Notes: generated from the sequence alone by a model not told the origin. A stretch of DNA of 64,000 nt from Candidatus Moanibacter sp. (GCA_965215885.1 CBDCEW010000086.1:20579-84578), one strand, 5' to 3'. Positions 41,234-52,624 are shown, counted from the stretch's first letter. Numbers and translations: made by a program.

Positions 41234-42463
41234 ATGCCACGAGAATTGATCGGGACAGAGGGAGGTCTCATCGGTCGACGTCTTCGAGTTCTCGTTTCGT
41301 TCTTGCTGGCGTCTGCCCCGATGGCATTTGGAGAATGGGAATTCTCCGGTGTCATCGGATCGGAGGCGCGCATCTTTACGGACAGCGCCGCTTTCGCGGA
41401 CCAGTTCGACGGCGCCCAGTTCTCCCTCACGTTCGAACCCGAGCTCAGCTGGGAGGGAAATGACGGTCGAAACCAGGCCGGTCTTGTTCTTTTCGCCCGC
41501 GTGGATTCCGAAGACGACGAGCGGTCGCACTTTGACGTCCGCGAAGCCTACCTGCGCACCATCCGCGATGACTGGGAGATTATGGTGGGACTTAATAGTA
41601 TCTTCTGGGGGGTTACTGAATCGCGTCACCTAGTGAACATAATCAATCAGATCGATCAGGTTGAAGCCACCGATGAAGAAGACTTCCTGGGACAACCGAT
41701 GCTCCAGATTTCGCGGCAGACGGGCATTGGCCGATTCGGCGCGTTCGTCCTGCCGGGATTCCGCGAGCGCACCTTTCCCGGCAGTGCCGGCCGCTTTCGC
41801 GGTCCCGTTCCCGTCGACGACGATGCCGCCCGATACGAGTCGGAGGACGGGAAATGGCACGTGGATTATGCTTTGCGCTACTCTCACTTTTTTGGCGACT
41901 GGGACATCGGACTCTCCTATTTTTACGGCACAAGCCGTGAACCTCGTTTCGTGCCTTCCGCCGATGCGACGCGATTGAATCCCTTCTACGATCTCATCCA
42001 CCAGTTCGGAGTTGAACTTCAGTATACCCGCGATTCCTGGCTTTGGAAGTTTGAGGGAATCGTGCGCGAAGGTCAGGGGGACACTTTCGCCGCTCTCGTG
42101 GGGGGATTCGATTACACACTCTACCAGACATTTGGGGGAAATGCCGACCTCGGTCTCCTCGTCGAATATCTCTATGATGAACGAGACGACGTCCTGGCCC
42201 CGCCCACCATGTTCGACAACGACCTCTTTTTCGGCTCCCGTCTCGCTCTCAATGACGTTCAAGACACGGCCCTACTCGTCGGAGTGGTTGTGGACCTGGA
42301 CGACCGGACGACCTCCTTCCGCGTCGAGGCCGAAAGACGCCTGGGCAAGCATTACAAACTCGAAATTGAAGCCCAAGCCTTGACGAACGTCCATCGGGGA
42401 AACGCCGCTTACGCTTTCCGCAGGGACAGTTATCTACAGATCTCCCTGTCGAGGTTTTTTTGA
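41234..42463 (+). CDS. Outer-membrane beta-barrel protein (DUF1302-like); start uncertain
   Basis: DVREAY, FWG.TES, PGFRERTFPG, terminal Phe. Confidence 0.75.
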   Translation: MPRELIGTEGGLIGRRLRVLVSFLLASAPMAFGEWEFSGVIGSEARIFTDSAAFADQFDGAQFSLTFEPELSWEGNDGRNQAGLVLFARVDSEDDERSHFDVREAYLRTIRDDWEIMVGLNSIFWGVTESRHLVNIINQIDQVEATDEEDFLGQPMLQISRQTGIGRFGAFVLPGFRERTFPGSAGRFRGPVPVDDDAARYESEDGKWHVDYALRYSHFFGDWDIGLSYFYGTSREPRFVPSADATRLNPFYDLIHQFGVELQYTRDSWLWKFEGIVREGQGDTFAALVGGFDYTLYQTFGGNADLGLLVEYLYDERDDVLAPPTMFDNDLFFGSRLALNDVQDTALLVGVVVDLDDRTTSFRVEAERRLGKHYKLEIEAQALTNVHRGNAAYAFRRDSYLQISLSRFF

Positions 42464-42731
42464 GGTATTGAGATCTCGGGTTAGTCGCCTCCCCGGCGGG
42501 CTACACGAAAATATGTAGACAAAGAGGAAGATAAACTCGTACCCATTGGTTCCGTTTTCGGTTCTTAAAAGTGTCTGCGAACCGCCCGGGAACCGATTCG
42601 CTCTTCCCGTCGTCGTCGTTATCGTAGTCGAAAATCGAGAGCTACTTACTGACTATCGACGACGATTACGACCACGACATTCGAGTGGACAATAAAGATT
42701 GCCCGTATCGGCCTGCCAGGACGGGCAGTCA

Positions 42732-42863
42732 TCATTGGGAAGCTTCCTTATCGATTAGGGACTTAACCGCTTCCAGCAGTGAATTTGCGGTGAACGGTTT
42801 CCTTAATGTGCGGTCAGCGCCGAATTGCTCTGCCGCCTTCAGATAGTTCGTAGAACCCACTCG
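42732..42863 (-). pseudogene. C-terminal fragment of a response-regulator receiver domain
   Basis: RVGSTNYLKAAEQFGADRTLRKPFTANSLLEAVKSLIDKEASQ* resembles the C-terminus of 60024-60389. Confidence 0.55.
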
Positions 42864-43327
42864 TGCAAATAATCAGACAGGTTGTTTATCAATCGGTATC
42901 CAACCAATGAGGAGAGAGATCTTGAAGGGGGATTCGGCAGGGCCTGCCCCGATCCTGCTCGGCGAGACGAAGGCCTCACCCCGGCAAGCCGGGGATAGGA
43001 GAAAATGGCAGATTAGGGAGAGTGAGCGGCGAATTAGGAAACGGCAACGGATGAAGCGAAGATGCAGATCCCTCGGTTGCAGGACGGAGAATTAGCGTTC
43101 CGAAAGCTCGAATGCGTGGATTGCTTCGTCATTCTTCCTCGCAATGACATATCGATGAACCAGCAAAGTGCAGGTTTTTTGACCCACCATTTCCCACCTT
43201 TCGAGAAGAATCTCATACCTTGGAGAGGGTGCCGGAAGATGCTAAAGAGTATGGACGATGGGAAAGCCCCAGGTGGAGAAGAAACCGCAAGAAGTTAGCT
43301 CGCACGCAGATGCAATAGCCATACCTA

Positions 43328-43816
43328 CTATTCCCTCTTAGCGGCCTCGTAATCCAGGCGGAGCAGGGCGTTGATCTGGTCGCCCGCCAATTTCATGCGT
43401 TCCACCATTTTCTCGGCGGCATTTTCCTCTTCCACCTGTTCGCTCAGAAACCAACCGAGAAATTCCAAAGTGGCATAATCCTTTTCTGAGTTTGCTGTTT
43501 CGTAGAGCCCGTTAATCTGTCCCGTGGTATTTCGTTCCTGTAGAAGGGCAGCTTCAAAAATCTCAAGGGTGGAGTTGTATTCACTCTTCGGCTGTTCCAG
43601 TGATGCCAGCACAACCTTGCCGCCGCGATCATTGAGATAATCGAAGAGTTTCATGGCATGGCCTCTCTCTTCTTCCGCTTGTAGCCGCATCCACTTGGCG
43701 AATCCCGTGTATATCGTCGTCTCCAGATGGGCTGACATCGCCAGGTAGGTGTATGCCGATGCCAATTCATTGTTTATCTGTGCGTTTAATCCTTCTTCTA
43801 CAAGTGCGTTAATCAT
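43328..43816 (-). CDS. ftnA: Non-heme ferritin
   Basis: QINNELASAYTYLAMS, EERGHAMK, EQVEEE. Confidence 0.92.
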   Translation of the reverse strand: MINALVEEGLNAQINNELASAYTYLAMSAHLETTIYTGFAKWMRLQAEEERGHAMKLFDYLNDRGGKVVLASLEQPKSEYNSTLEIFEAALLQERNTTGQINGLYETANSEKDYATLEFLGWFLSEQVEEENAAEKMVERMKLAGDQINALLRLDYEAAKRE

Positions 43817-43835
43817 CAGAATCCTCCAGTTTCAA

Positions 43836-43872
43836 TTAAAGATTATTAATAATTATTCCAATTATTATTAAA
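43836..43872 (-). promoter_or_regulatory. AT-rich Fur/PerR-like box upstream of ferritin
   Basis: GATTATTAATAATTATTCCAATTATTATTA, repeated AATAAT/ATTATT hexamers. Confidence 0.35.
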
Positions 43873-43972
43873 AATCAAGCGAGAAAGTTGGTAAATTGAA
43901 GAGGAGTTGACAAAGAATGGAAAGATTGCGCTGTAATCATCGCTGCATCACAGACTGGCGAAGAATTTTGGT

Positions 43973-44998
43973 ATGAACTATAGAGTAGGGATAGTGGGAG
44001 CGACCGGCGCGGTCGGTCAAGAGCTGATTCGTCTTGTGTTGGAGCGAAAATTTCCGGCAGAGGAGATTCGGCTTCTGGCGTCGTCGCGTTCGGCGGGAAA
44101 AGTGATCGAGCGAGAGGGAAGATCCTGGACGGTTGAGGAAGCGACACCTTCGGTATTTGATGGACTGGATATGGCGATCTTCAGCGCTGGATCTGAGATA
44201 TCGAAGAGACTGGCGAGGGAGGCGATGGATCGGGGCTGCACAGTGATCGATAACACATCGGCATTTCGGATGGACGGGGATGTGCCGCTAGTGGTGCCCG
44301 AGATAAATGCTGATGCCCTTACAGAACACGCGGGAATCATCGCGAACCCAAATTGCACAACGGCGGTTGCACTTATGGGGCTCTATCCCTTGCATTGCGC
44401 ATTTGGTTTGCGGAGATTCTTTGCCTCTACCTATCAGGCAGTGTCGGGAACGGGAGCGGCGGCGATGCGGGAGCTGGAGGGGCAGACGCGCGCGTGGGCG
44501 GCTGGCGATTTGATAACGTCGGAGGTGTATCCCTACCCAATCGCATTCAACCTGCTCCCCCATTGCGATGATTTCCGCGAAGATGGCTACACGCGTGAGG
44601 AAGTCAAAATGGGGAACGAGAGCCGCAAGATCCTGTGCATTCCCGATTTACAGGTTTCAACGACTTGTGTACGGGTTCCGGTATTTCGCTGTCATGCCGT
44701 GGCAATATTTGCTGAATTCGAAAGAGGCGTCGATCTGGAACGAGCGCGGTGTGCGATCGAAGAATTCCCCGGGAGCGAGTTGTGCGATGAAGGGGGACGC
44801 AACCGATATCCCATGCCTTTAGACTATGCGGAGAAAATCCAATGTGGAGTGGGCCGCATTCGAATTGACAGCGCCTTGGAAAACGGACTCGCCTTTTGGG
44901 TGGTTGGCGACCAGCTTTGGAAGGGCGCAGCCCTCAATGCCATTCAGATCGCCGAGGTTTTGCATGAGAGAAGACTGGTGAGGCCGGTGGGAGTTTAG
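43973..44998 (+). CDS. asd: Aspartate-semialdehyde dehydrogenase
   Basis: GATGAVG, NPNCTT, YQAVSG, KGAALNA. Confidence 0.96.
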   Translation: MNYRVGIVGATGAVGQELIRLVLERKFPAEEIRLLASSRSAGKVIEREGRSWTVEEATPSVFDGLDMAIFSAGSEISKRLAREAMDRGCTVIDNTSAFRMDGDVPLVVPEINADALTEHAGIIANPNCTTAVALMGLYPLHCAFGLRRFFASTYQAVSGTGAAAMRELEGQTRAWAAGDLITSEVYPYPIAFNLLPHCDDFREDGYTREEVKMGNESRKILCIPDLQVSTTCVRVPVFRCHAVAIFAEFERGVDLERARCAIEEFPGSELCDEGGRNRYPMPLDYAEKIQCGVGRIRIDSALENGLAFWVVGDQLWKGAALNAIQIAEVLHERRLVRPVGV

Positions 44999-45097
44999 GG
45001 GGAATCCAGGACTGTAGGACCGGAAGACAGAGTTCAGAGTTCAGTTCTACATTACAATCTAATCATTCTGAACTCTTCCTCCCACAATCCTACGGTT

Positions 45098-45279
45098 CTT
45101 GCCCGAACATTTCACAAACCTTCTACTACGACGACGGATCTCACCGCGTGTAAAAGCCTTCCCTTGCCCGACGACCTCAGAGGGTCCTAACACACTGTCG
45201 TCCGTCGAGCTACGGAAAGGCATTGACACGCAGCGATCTACGCCGTCTTGCTACGAAGTGTGTGAAATGTCCGGGCTGG
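45098..45279 (+). mobile_element. ~182-bp MITE, copy A
   Basis: TIR GCCCGAACATTTCACA / TGTGAAATGTCCGGGC. Confidence 0.85.
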
Positions 45280-45343
45280 AAAAAACTCTTGTCCCTTATT
45301 GTAATCCCTGTTTCATACTACGACTTCTTGGAGAAGGGCGAGA

Positions 45344-45420
45344 GGACGGCTAGCTCAGATGGTTAGAGCGTCTGGTTTACACCCAGGAAGTCGGCGGTTC
45401 GAGTCCGCCGCCGTCCACCA
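45344..45420 (+). tRNA. tRNA-Val (TAC)
   Basis: Cloverleaf GGACGGC..., anticodon loop TTTACAC, GTTCGAG T-arm, CCA end. Confidence 0.96.
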
Positions 45421-45451
45421 TTCGCCGTTTGAAAAATAGAGTCACGGTTCA

Positions 45452-45952
45452 ATGAAACACACGATATCGGTTCTGGTTGAGAATAATTTTGGCGTCCTCG
45501 CCCGTATCTCCGGGATGTTCAGCGGACGGGGATTCAATATCGATACTCTCAACGTGGGTCCAACCCACGATCCGAGATTCTCGCGCATTACAGCGACGGT
45601 AAAAGGCGACACCCAGCAGCTTGACCAGTGCATCAAGCAGCTGAAAAAGCTTGTCGAAGTGATCGAAGTTGAAGATTTGGCACAGGGGCAATTTGCCGCA
45701 CGGGAGCTCGTTATCGTAAAGATTGTGGTGGAAAACAATCGTTCTGAGATCATTCAGATCTGCGAAATCTTCCGGGCGAAGATAATCGACGTATCACACG
45801 ACAATATCATAGTAGAGCTTACTGGAGACGACAGCAAAGTACAAGCTTTTCTCGATCTGATCGCTTCCTTCGGGATCGAAGAGTTAGCTCGCACCGGAAG
45901 TGCGGCTCTGCCAAGGGGTCGGGACAAGAAAAAGTTGGAAGAATTGGAATGA
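45452..45952 (+). CDS. ilvN: Acetolactate synthase small subunit
   Basis: HTISVLVENNFGVLARISGMFSGRGFNI. Confidence 0.95.
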   Translation: MKHTISVLVENNFGVLARISGMFSGRGFNIDTLNVGPTHDPRFSRITATVKGDTQQLDQCIKQLKKLVEVIEVEDLAQGQFAARELVIVKIVVENNRSEIIQICEIFRAKIIDVSHDNIIVELTGDDSKVQAFLDLIASFGIEELARTGSAALPRGRDKKKLEELE

Positions 45953-45977
45953 TCGATAGATGGGGAATATTAGAAGA

Positions 45978-47003
45978 ATGCCAGCAAAAGTATACACGAA
46001 CAAAGACGCGGATCTGAGGATCCTCAAAAAGAAAACGCTTGCGGTCATCGGGTATGGATCCCAAGGCCACGCCCATGCCCTGAATCTCAAAGACAGCGGG
46101 TTAAAGGTAATTATCGGGCTTTATCCCAAGAGCAAATCTATCCGAGTGGCGAAAAGACACGGGTTTGAGGTGTATGAGACAGCGGAGGCTGTAAAACGCG
46201 CGGATGTAATCATGATGGGGGTGCCCGACATGAAGCAGAAGGCTGTATTTGAAACCGATATGCTTCCCCATCTGGACAAGGGAAAGACGGTCCTCTTCAC
46301 GCACGGGTTTAGCATTCATTTCGGTTTGATTGAGAAGCCGAAAGGGGTGGATGTGATCATGGTTGCACCGAAAGGTATCGGCCAAACCGTGCGAACCCAA
46401 TTTCTAGAGGGGAAAGGCGTACCTTCGATAATTGCTGTTCTCAAGGGTTCCTCGCGAAATGCGAAGAAAGTGGCATTGGCCTGGGCCAAGGGAATCGGCG
46501 CGACAAGAGCGGGCGTTATCCAGACGACCTTCCGAGAGGAGACGGAAACCGATCTGTTCGGTGAACAGGCCGTTCTTTGCGGAGGATTGAGCGCTCTCGT
46601 CCTGGCTGGTTTTGAAACTCTCGTAGAGGCCGGCTATCAACCGGAAATGGCCTACTACGAATGTTTGCACGAGCTGAAGCTCATAATCGACATTATGGTG
46701 GAGAGTGGAGTAGCCGGGATGCGTTTTACAGTCTCGGAAACCGCGACTTACGGCGACATTTCACGGGGCCCCAAAGTGGTTTCGTCGCACTCCCGGAGAG
46801 CGATGAAGAAAATTCTCGCCGATGTCCAATCGGGTGAGTTTGCGCGTGAGTGGGTAAAGGAGTACGCGAAAGGACTGCCCAATTACAATTCGCTGTTGGA
46901 TGAAGGCGACCGCCACCAGATTGAACAGGTCGGTCAACGCCTCCGCAATCTCATGCCGTGGGTGAAGAAGACTAACATCAAGGGTGCGCAGGCGGCCTAT
47001 TAG
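45978..47003 (+). CDS. ilvC: Ketol-acid reductoisomerase
   Basis: GYGSQGHAHALNL, ETETDLFGEQAVLCGG. Confidence 0.96.
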   Translation: MPAKVYTNKDADLRILKKKTLAVIGYGSQGHAHALNLKDSGLKVIIGLYPKSKSIRVAKRHGFEVYETAEAVKRADVIMMGVPDMKQKAVFETDMLPHLDKGKTVLFTHGFSIHFGLIEKPKGVDVIMVAPKGIGQTVRTQFLEGKGVPSIIAVLKGSSRNAKKVALAWAKGIGATRAGVIQTTFREETETDLFGEQAVLCGGLSALVLAGFETLVEAGYQPEMAYYECLHELKLIIDIMVESGVAGMRFTVSETATYGDISRGPKVVSSHSRRAMKKILADVQSGEFAREWVKEYAKGLPNYNSLLDEGDRHQIEQVGQRLRNLMPWVKKTNIKGAQAAY

Positions 47004-47068
47004 CGGCGCGGACAATTCATTGGGACCGTAGAAGCGTGGGAGAGGATTCAGGGTTCATTTTCTTGTAC

Positions 47069-47145
47069 CTAGTCCCGGCGGGCCGGGATCGGAATGAAAC
47101 ACTGAAAATCTCTCGAAACAGGCATAAAGTCCGCCAGGCTGCTAG
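47069..47145. repeat. ~80-bp CTAG-bounded element (also 62183-62268, 24403-24468, partial from 48176)
   Basis: Shared TCGGAATGAAAC..TCGAA..GGCA.AAAGTCCG core. Confidence 0.8.
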
Positions 47146-47312
47146 CGGGAGAACGTAGAAGGATTGCTTCTTTAGTTGTCAGTTTCGGGATTCGAGGTTG
47201 GCCATCGCCTGTCGGATTCGGGTAATCGGCGTTCAAGGGTTTTTCCATACCGTTCAACATTCGAACATATTCTTTATAACGTTTCCGAAATGTCTGAAAC
47301 TGCGAATTAGCG

Positions 47313-48179
47313 ATGATTGGGAAATCGAAGAAGAGACTGGTTCTGGCAACGCGGAAGAGTCCTCTTGCTCTGGCACAAACGGAATTGGTCCGTTTGCATC
47401 TGCAGGAACGGATCCCGGAAACGCTGTTCGAGGTTCTTCGAATTGTCACGACGGGCGATAAGCAACAAAAATGGTCACTCATGCAGAAGGGTGGAAAAGG
47501 GCTCTTCATCAGAGAATTAGAGATTGCGCTTCTTGAAGAGCGCGCCCACCTGGCTATCCACAGCGCCAAGGATCTGCCCACCACTTTAGCCGACGGACTA
47601 GCAATTGCCGGTTACCTGCCGCGGGAAGTTGCTCATGATGTGCTCGTCCTGCGTGAAGGCTGCCGGGAACCGGCGAATATCGCCAGCGGAAGTCCGCGCA
47701 GGTGTGCTCAGGCGAGAATTCTATATCCCGAAGCTATTTGGAGGGAGATTCGAGGAAATGTGGAGACGCGCCTGCGGAAAATAGCCGAGGGCGAAGCAGA
47801 TGCTACGATACTTGCGGCGGCGGGTTTAAGGAGGCTCGGCCTGAAGGCTTGGCCGGGCCTCAAATTCATTCCTTTGAAACTGGATGAAATAGTGCCTGCG
47901 GCAGGTCAGGGGGCGATCGCGATAGAATGCCGGAGCGAAGCGGTAGGGCAGTATGGCTGCCTGTTTGATGGGGACACAAAGTGGGCTGTTGATATCGAAA
48001 GGCTTCTTCTGAGAGAGTTTGGGGGTGGTTGCCAAAGTGCCTTTGCGGCTCACTTTGAAAGAGGTCGATTATCGGTATTTCATGAGAGTGCGGGGTTCCG
48101 AGAGTACGCCGTAAGCAATGATGGGAAAGAAGAGGCGGAGAGAGAAATCAAAGAAATCGTAAAGGAGTTGAAGGGCTAG
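47313..48179 (+). CDS. hemC: Hydroxymethylbilane synthase
   Basis: ATRKSPLALAQ, HSAKDLP, IRGNVETRL, GGGC. Confidence 0.93.
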   Translation: MIGKSKKRLVLATRKSPLALAQTELVRLHLQERIPETLFEVLRIVTTGDKQQKWSLMQKGGKGLFIRELEIALLEERAHLAIHSAKDLPTTLADGLAIAGYLPREVAHDVLVLREGCREPANIASGSPRRCAQARILYPEAIWREIRGNVETRLRKIAEGEADATILAAAGLRRLGLKAWPGLKFIPLKLDEIVPAAGQGAIAIECRSEAVGQYGCLFDGDTKWAVDIERLLLREFGGGCQSAFAAHFERGRLSVFHESAGFREYAVSNDGKEEAEREIKEIVKELKG

Positions 48180-48271
48180 CAGCCTGTCGGACTTAGCATT
48201 TCTAATCCCGGCACGCCGGGAGCGACGGATCGAAATCCCGAAGCAGCTAATTTCGACAGATTCCCAGGGAG

Positions 48272-49315
48272 ATGATGCAGTATATTCTCGAACTGAACCC
48301 GGGTGAATATGGGTTGCTTGAGGCACGCGTAGAGAAGCTGCTTGAAAACGGACTCTCTCCTGAAACTCCCGTCTGCATTCTGGGAAGAGGCACCAAACTG
48401 AGTGTTTTGAGACAGTCGACTTCCCTGCGATCATTACCGAATGCGCTTGTTGAATTGGGGATGAAAGAGCCTGTCATCCTTTTGATTAACGCAGTCGAAC
48501 CGCACCTCTTGAACCTCGACGAATTGCCTGAACTTCCCCTTGCAGGAAGACGCGTCGTGGTGACACGAAGTCGCAAGCAAGCCGGAGAATTGAATCGAAT
48601 CTTACTCAGGCGAGGAGCGGAAGTGATTGATCTGCCACTTATTGAGATCAGGCCCCAATTCGACCCCAATGCGGCGGCAGAGGTTTTTGCGGAGATTTAC
48701 CAATACGACTGGCTCGTCTTTACAAGCAGCAATGGAGTGAGATATTTCTTTGAACTTTTTTTCGGCGAATTTGAAGACATCCGTTCTCTGGGTTTAATTC
48801 GAGTTGCGGCGCTGGGTAAGGCCACGGCAAGGGAAATCTCGAAACTGCGATTGAAAGTCGACTTGATCGCGCGCGATGCCTCCGCGGAATCGCTGGCTCA
48901 ATCTCTTATGGAAGAGCAGACACTGGATAACTTGAAAATCCTTGTGATTACTGGAAATCTCAACCGTGACAACCTCGTGAGGAAGCTCGACGAGGCTCGT
49001 TCCATCGTTGACACCTTTCAGGTCTACGAGACTTTGAATACGGATCTGACAAATCTACCAGCTGCCGCATCCTTCAGAGAGAAGGGAGCAGATGGAGTGA
49101 TCTTCACCAGTTCTTCCGCCGTGCGATCATTCACAGGCCAGGCCGCCGCTCTTCGCCTTTCCGCAAACGCCGTTCGTCCTGTTACTTGCAGTATAGGGCC
49201 GGTTACGTCGGAGACTATGAGAAAATTGGGCATACCGGTTGACCTCGAATCCAAGGAGCGATCACTCGAGGGGATTCTGGAAGCTCTTGTCCAAAGATTT
49301 CAGTGCAGAAAGTAA
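48272..49315 (+). CDS. hemD: Uroporphyrinogen-III synthase with N-terminal CobA-like remnant
   Basis: LAGRRVVVTR, FTSSNGV, SIGPVT. Confidence 0.88.
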   Translation: MMQYILELNPGEYGLLEARVEKLLENGLSPETPVCILGRGTKLSVLRQSTSLRSLPNALVELGMKEPVILLINAVEPHLLNLDELPELPLAGRRVVVTRSRKQAGELNRILLRRGAEVIDLPLIEIRPQFDPNAAAEVFAEIYQYDWLVFTSSNGVRYFFELFFGEFEDIRSLGLIRVAALGKATAREISKLRLKVDLIARDASAESLAQSLMEEQTLDNLKILVITGNLNRDNLVRKLDEARSIVDTFQVYETLNTDLTNLPAAASFREKGADGVIFTSSSAVRSFTGQAAALRLSANAVRPVTCSIGPVTSETMRKLGIPVDLESKERSLEGILEALVQRFQCRK

Positions 49316-49317
49316 GA

Positions 49318-49423
49318 TTAGCCCGAACATTTCACAAATCTTCTACTACGACGACGGATCCCACCGCGTGTCAATGCCTTCCCTTGCCCGACGACCTCAG
49401 AGGGTCCTAACACACTGTCGCCC
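49318..49423 (+). mobile_element. 182-bp MITE copy B, left part, cut at ISAs1 end
   Basis: Near-identical to the first ~105 bp of copy A, then ISAs1 terminus. Confidence 0.85.
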
Positions 49424-50323
49424 CACGGTATTTTGATTCTCGGAGCATTAGGTGATGATATTGATGGCCTTATGTAAGTTAAAGACGAAATCATCACAGA
49501 GTGCGGGAGTGGATTCCCAGTTTGCCCATGGAAGACTTGAGGCTGAGAACCAGTTGCCTGCATGCAGCAAGAATTCTGGCTGCGTTATGATTACGGATCA
49601 TACATCGATCTTCATCGAAGAAGCGATCCCTGGGGTAATGATTTTTATTTTCGATCGACCAATGGTTGCGAATTTTCGAGAGGAACTGTTGAGGGCTCAA
49701 ATCGGCGGGATCGAGACTGCTTACGTAGTAAGAGCGTTCAGAGGAAGGTTCAGCTTTGTTTGGATAATGGAAGGTGCGTTGCACACAGGCGAACTGGCGG
49801 GCATGGGGCAGGCCGGCAGAGGGAGCGCTTAGAGAATGGGTTGCTATTTGACGTATTTCGAGTCGCCCATGGTCATTGTCCACGGTTTGGTGGAGAAAAA
49901 GGGGGTGGAGCTGAAGAGATTCTGAGCGTATTGATGCATGTTGGGCTGATTGTCTTTAATTTGAATAACATAGTCAGCACTGAGTTCTTCGACGACGATG
50001 TGGGCAGTTTCTTTTTGATTATGCATGGCGTCGAAGGTGAAGGTGGAGCCGTCCAAAATGGATAATCTTTCGCAAGAGAGTCTGGGCGGCGGTGATCGCG
50101 TTGGATTTATCGGCGGTAGCGACTTGGGCTAAGGTTTGAGCGCTTTGGTGATCGACTGCGGCCACCAGGTGCAGAGCCTTTGATTCTTCGGTGTTTGTGC
50201 CTTTGAGGGTCTTGCCGTCGACGGCAATATCGCGGGGCAAACAGCCGTCTTGTAAGCAGATGAATTCGGTGAAGTTTTATCGAAGAGCTCGGCCTTTACG
50301 TTTTGCAAGACCCGATAGAAGAC
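49424..50323 (-). mobile_element. Partial second copy of the ISAs1 element (3' half)
   Basis: Near-identical reverse complement of ~34899-35794. Confidence 0.9.
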
Positions 50324-50349
50324 CTCACTATATTGCCCCTCTAAAGGCA

Positions 50350-52570
50350 CTATGCAATCGCAAGTTTAAATCCCGATTTTTTGCCCAGTCGGAAGATGAT
50401 TCTTCGGCCTGAACCGTCGGGCATCAGTAAGGGCTTCTCATTGAGAGTTTGCAGATACTCAAGCACCACCGCCTGCACCCGAGGGGGATAAGTTGCGGTG
50501 GGGAATAAATGCGCTTCGACCGCACAGCCCCTCTCTATAAGAACGCCGTCACTGTGAGTCAAATTGCGAAACAGATCGTGGTCGTCACGATAGTTGTTGT
50601 AGCGAGCTTTAAAGGGTTCGAGCTGCTTGTAGAAGCTGTTACGGGCGAAGATTTTCAAGGCATCCATGAGGGACTTGTTAGCGGTGTCCAGGCGGACATA
50701 GTTTTCATCAATGAGGCGCTGCAGCCTCGAGCATTCGGTGTCGATTTGCTCCAGTTCGAGTTGGAGGGCTTTGAGGGCCTGATCGAGTCGACGGATCTTT
50801 TCGCCCCTTGAGGCGCTTTTGCCCGGGTGGGCATGCTCGGCCAGGAGCAGTCTTTTCAATTCTTCGGTAGCATTGCTGTTTTTGCTTCAGGAGGGCTTTG
50901 GCGGCACCGCTTTTCTCCTGCTTGTCCTCAAGGTGTTGGGCTAATCGCTTGTAGTGGACGGTGCGATAAGAGGTGATCTGATTAATCCCAAAGTGCTTAT
51001 CGAGGTATTTGAAGTCATTCTCCTGAATCCAGCGACTGAACATCCCTTTGATTACCTCTTCATTTCGGGCCTGCTGATCGGTCGCCAGGATGCTCACGGT
51101 AATGGTTCGATTTTTTGGATTGGTCGCCTCCACGATCCACTGCACCAGTTGAGGATTTTTCTTCCAGGGGCCCCGCTGATAGCGAAGATGATACTCCTGG
51201 AGATCTTCGGCATGGTTGCGCGCGCGCTGCAGGCGCAACTGCCCGTCGATCCGTTGGAGGGGCTGGGCGCTGGCCTTGTAACCTTTTTCCCAGGTAATGA
51301 TTTCGAGTTGAGGATGCTCCACGATGGCTTCGTAAAACCACTCCGCGGCGATCGCCCGGTCCACGTAAATGCTCACCTTCTTATCAGCCGGCAACTGCAC
51401 CAGCTCGAGCATCGCTTCGCAGTTGGGGATAAACCGTTCCCTTATATCCTCATAGTTGTCGGTACTCGCAAAATAGATCGGATAGCCCTTGAGGGTATGA
51501 ATAAAATCGCTGTGGAGCGCTTTGTCGGCCAGACGGATACCCGGACACCATCCCGCCAGCACCTTGCTCATTCCGGTGTAATGTTTGGTGTGCGGATCAT
51601 AATAAAAGCTCTCTTCATCCGAAGCATTCAGGCCCCTCGCGTTCACTCTGAGGATCTCTCTTAAAAGCCCTTCATCGGTTGGGCGCTAAGGCTTTGGCGT
51701 TGCAGATAGGGGGTATACAGGACTCGCCCGATGAGTTTTTGCAGGTCTTCGAGATCGAGCAGTTTGCTCTGCTCGATATTGACCGCGGCCAACAACCCGC
51801 AAGCCACCCATTGTTTCAAAAGCCAGCCCTCTTCGCGATCAATCTGAGCGACTTCTCTGAGCGCGGCACTGAACAGAAGTACTCCCAGGTGCCGATACCA
51901 TTGCACCGCTTCGGAGCTCTCCCTCGAAAAATCGGGAGACTCCTTGCGATTGTCCCCTTCGCTTTCGGGGCTATTTTCTGCTTCTTGCTCCTGTTCGTCC
52001 CTCCCCGAGTCCTCCGGGCAATCCCAGGGAGTCTCCCGATTTTGCGCCCTCTCGGCTTCGGCCTCCTTTGCCCGGGCCTCTTTAAGCTCCTTAAAGACAG
52101 GGCGCAAAGTTTCCCCACTGAGGTTAACTCCGAACACCTCCTCGATCTCCCCCCGTATCTTCTTGCTGTAGCCATACCGACTCTCCCCATAGATCTGCCC
52201 GAAGCGCATACAAAACTCCGGATTTCCCTCGTCAATTTGCGATGAGCGCTGCGTCCCGCCAGCACTCGCGCTAAGGTCTCGGCATCTCCGCTTTGAAGCG
52301 CCTCCCCCCACCGCTTCATCGTTTTGGGGTCAACCTCAAATTGCTTCTCTAAGCGCCCTTTCTTCAACCCCGCATTGTAGAGGCGCCCCACCAATAGCTT
52401 GAATTCAACTTGCTCCCGATCGTCCTCTACGACTTCAAAAAGCTCATGCCCGTAATAGACGTGCAGTTTGCCTTCGCTCAGATCCCGATAGACCGTGATC
52501 GAGGGAGACCCTTGTCCACTCCAAGGATGCACTGTAAGAAGGTCTCTTCTTTGACGGTAGGTTTCTCCAT
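50350..52570 (-). pseudogene. Large unclassified DDE-type transposase split by about four frameshifts
   Basis: ATG 52570 MEKPTVKEETFLQCILGVDK; HTH-like DPKTMKRW; YYDPHTKHY, YVDR, RWIQENDFKY..HFGI; abuts ISAs1 copy at 50324. Confidence 0.7.
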
Positions 52571-52624
52571 TTTTCTTCGAATTTGATGGTTCGAAGATGA
52601 AGCCTACCGTTTTCTTTAGCTCTT

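Noticed and set aside
45344..45420. tRNA-Val as island attachment site
   Set aside because: No integrase and no duplicated tRNA 3' end seen; ilvN follows directly
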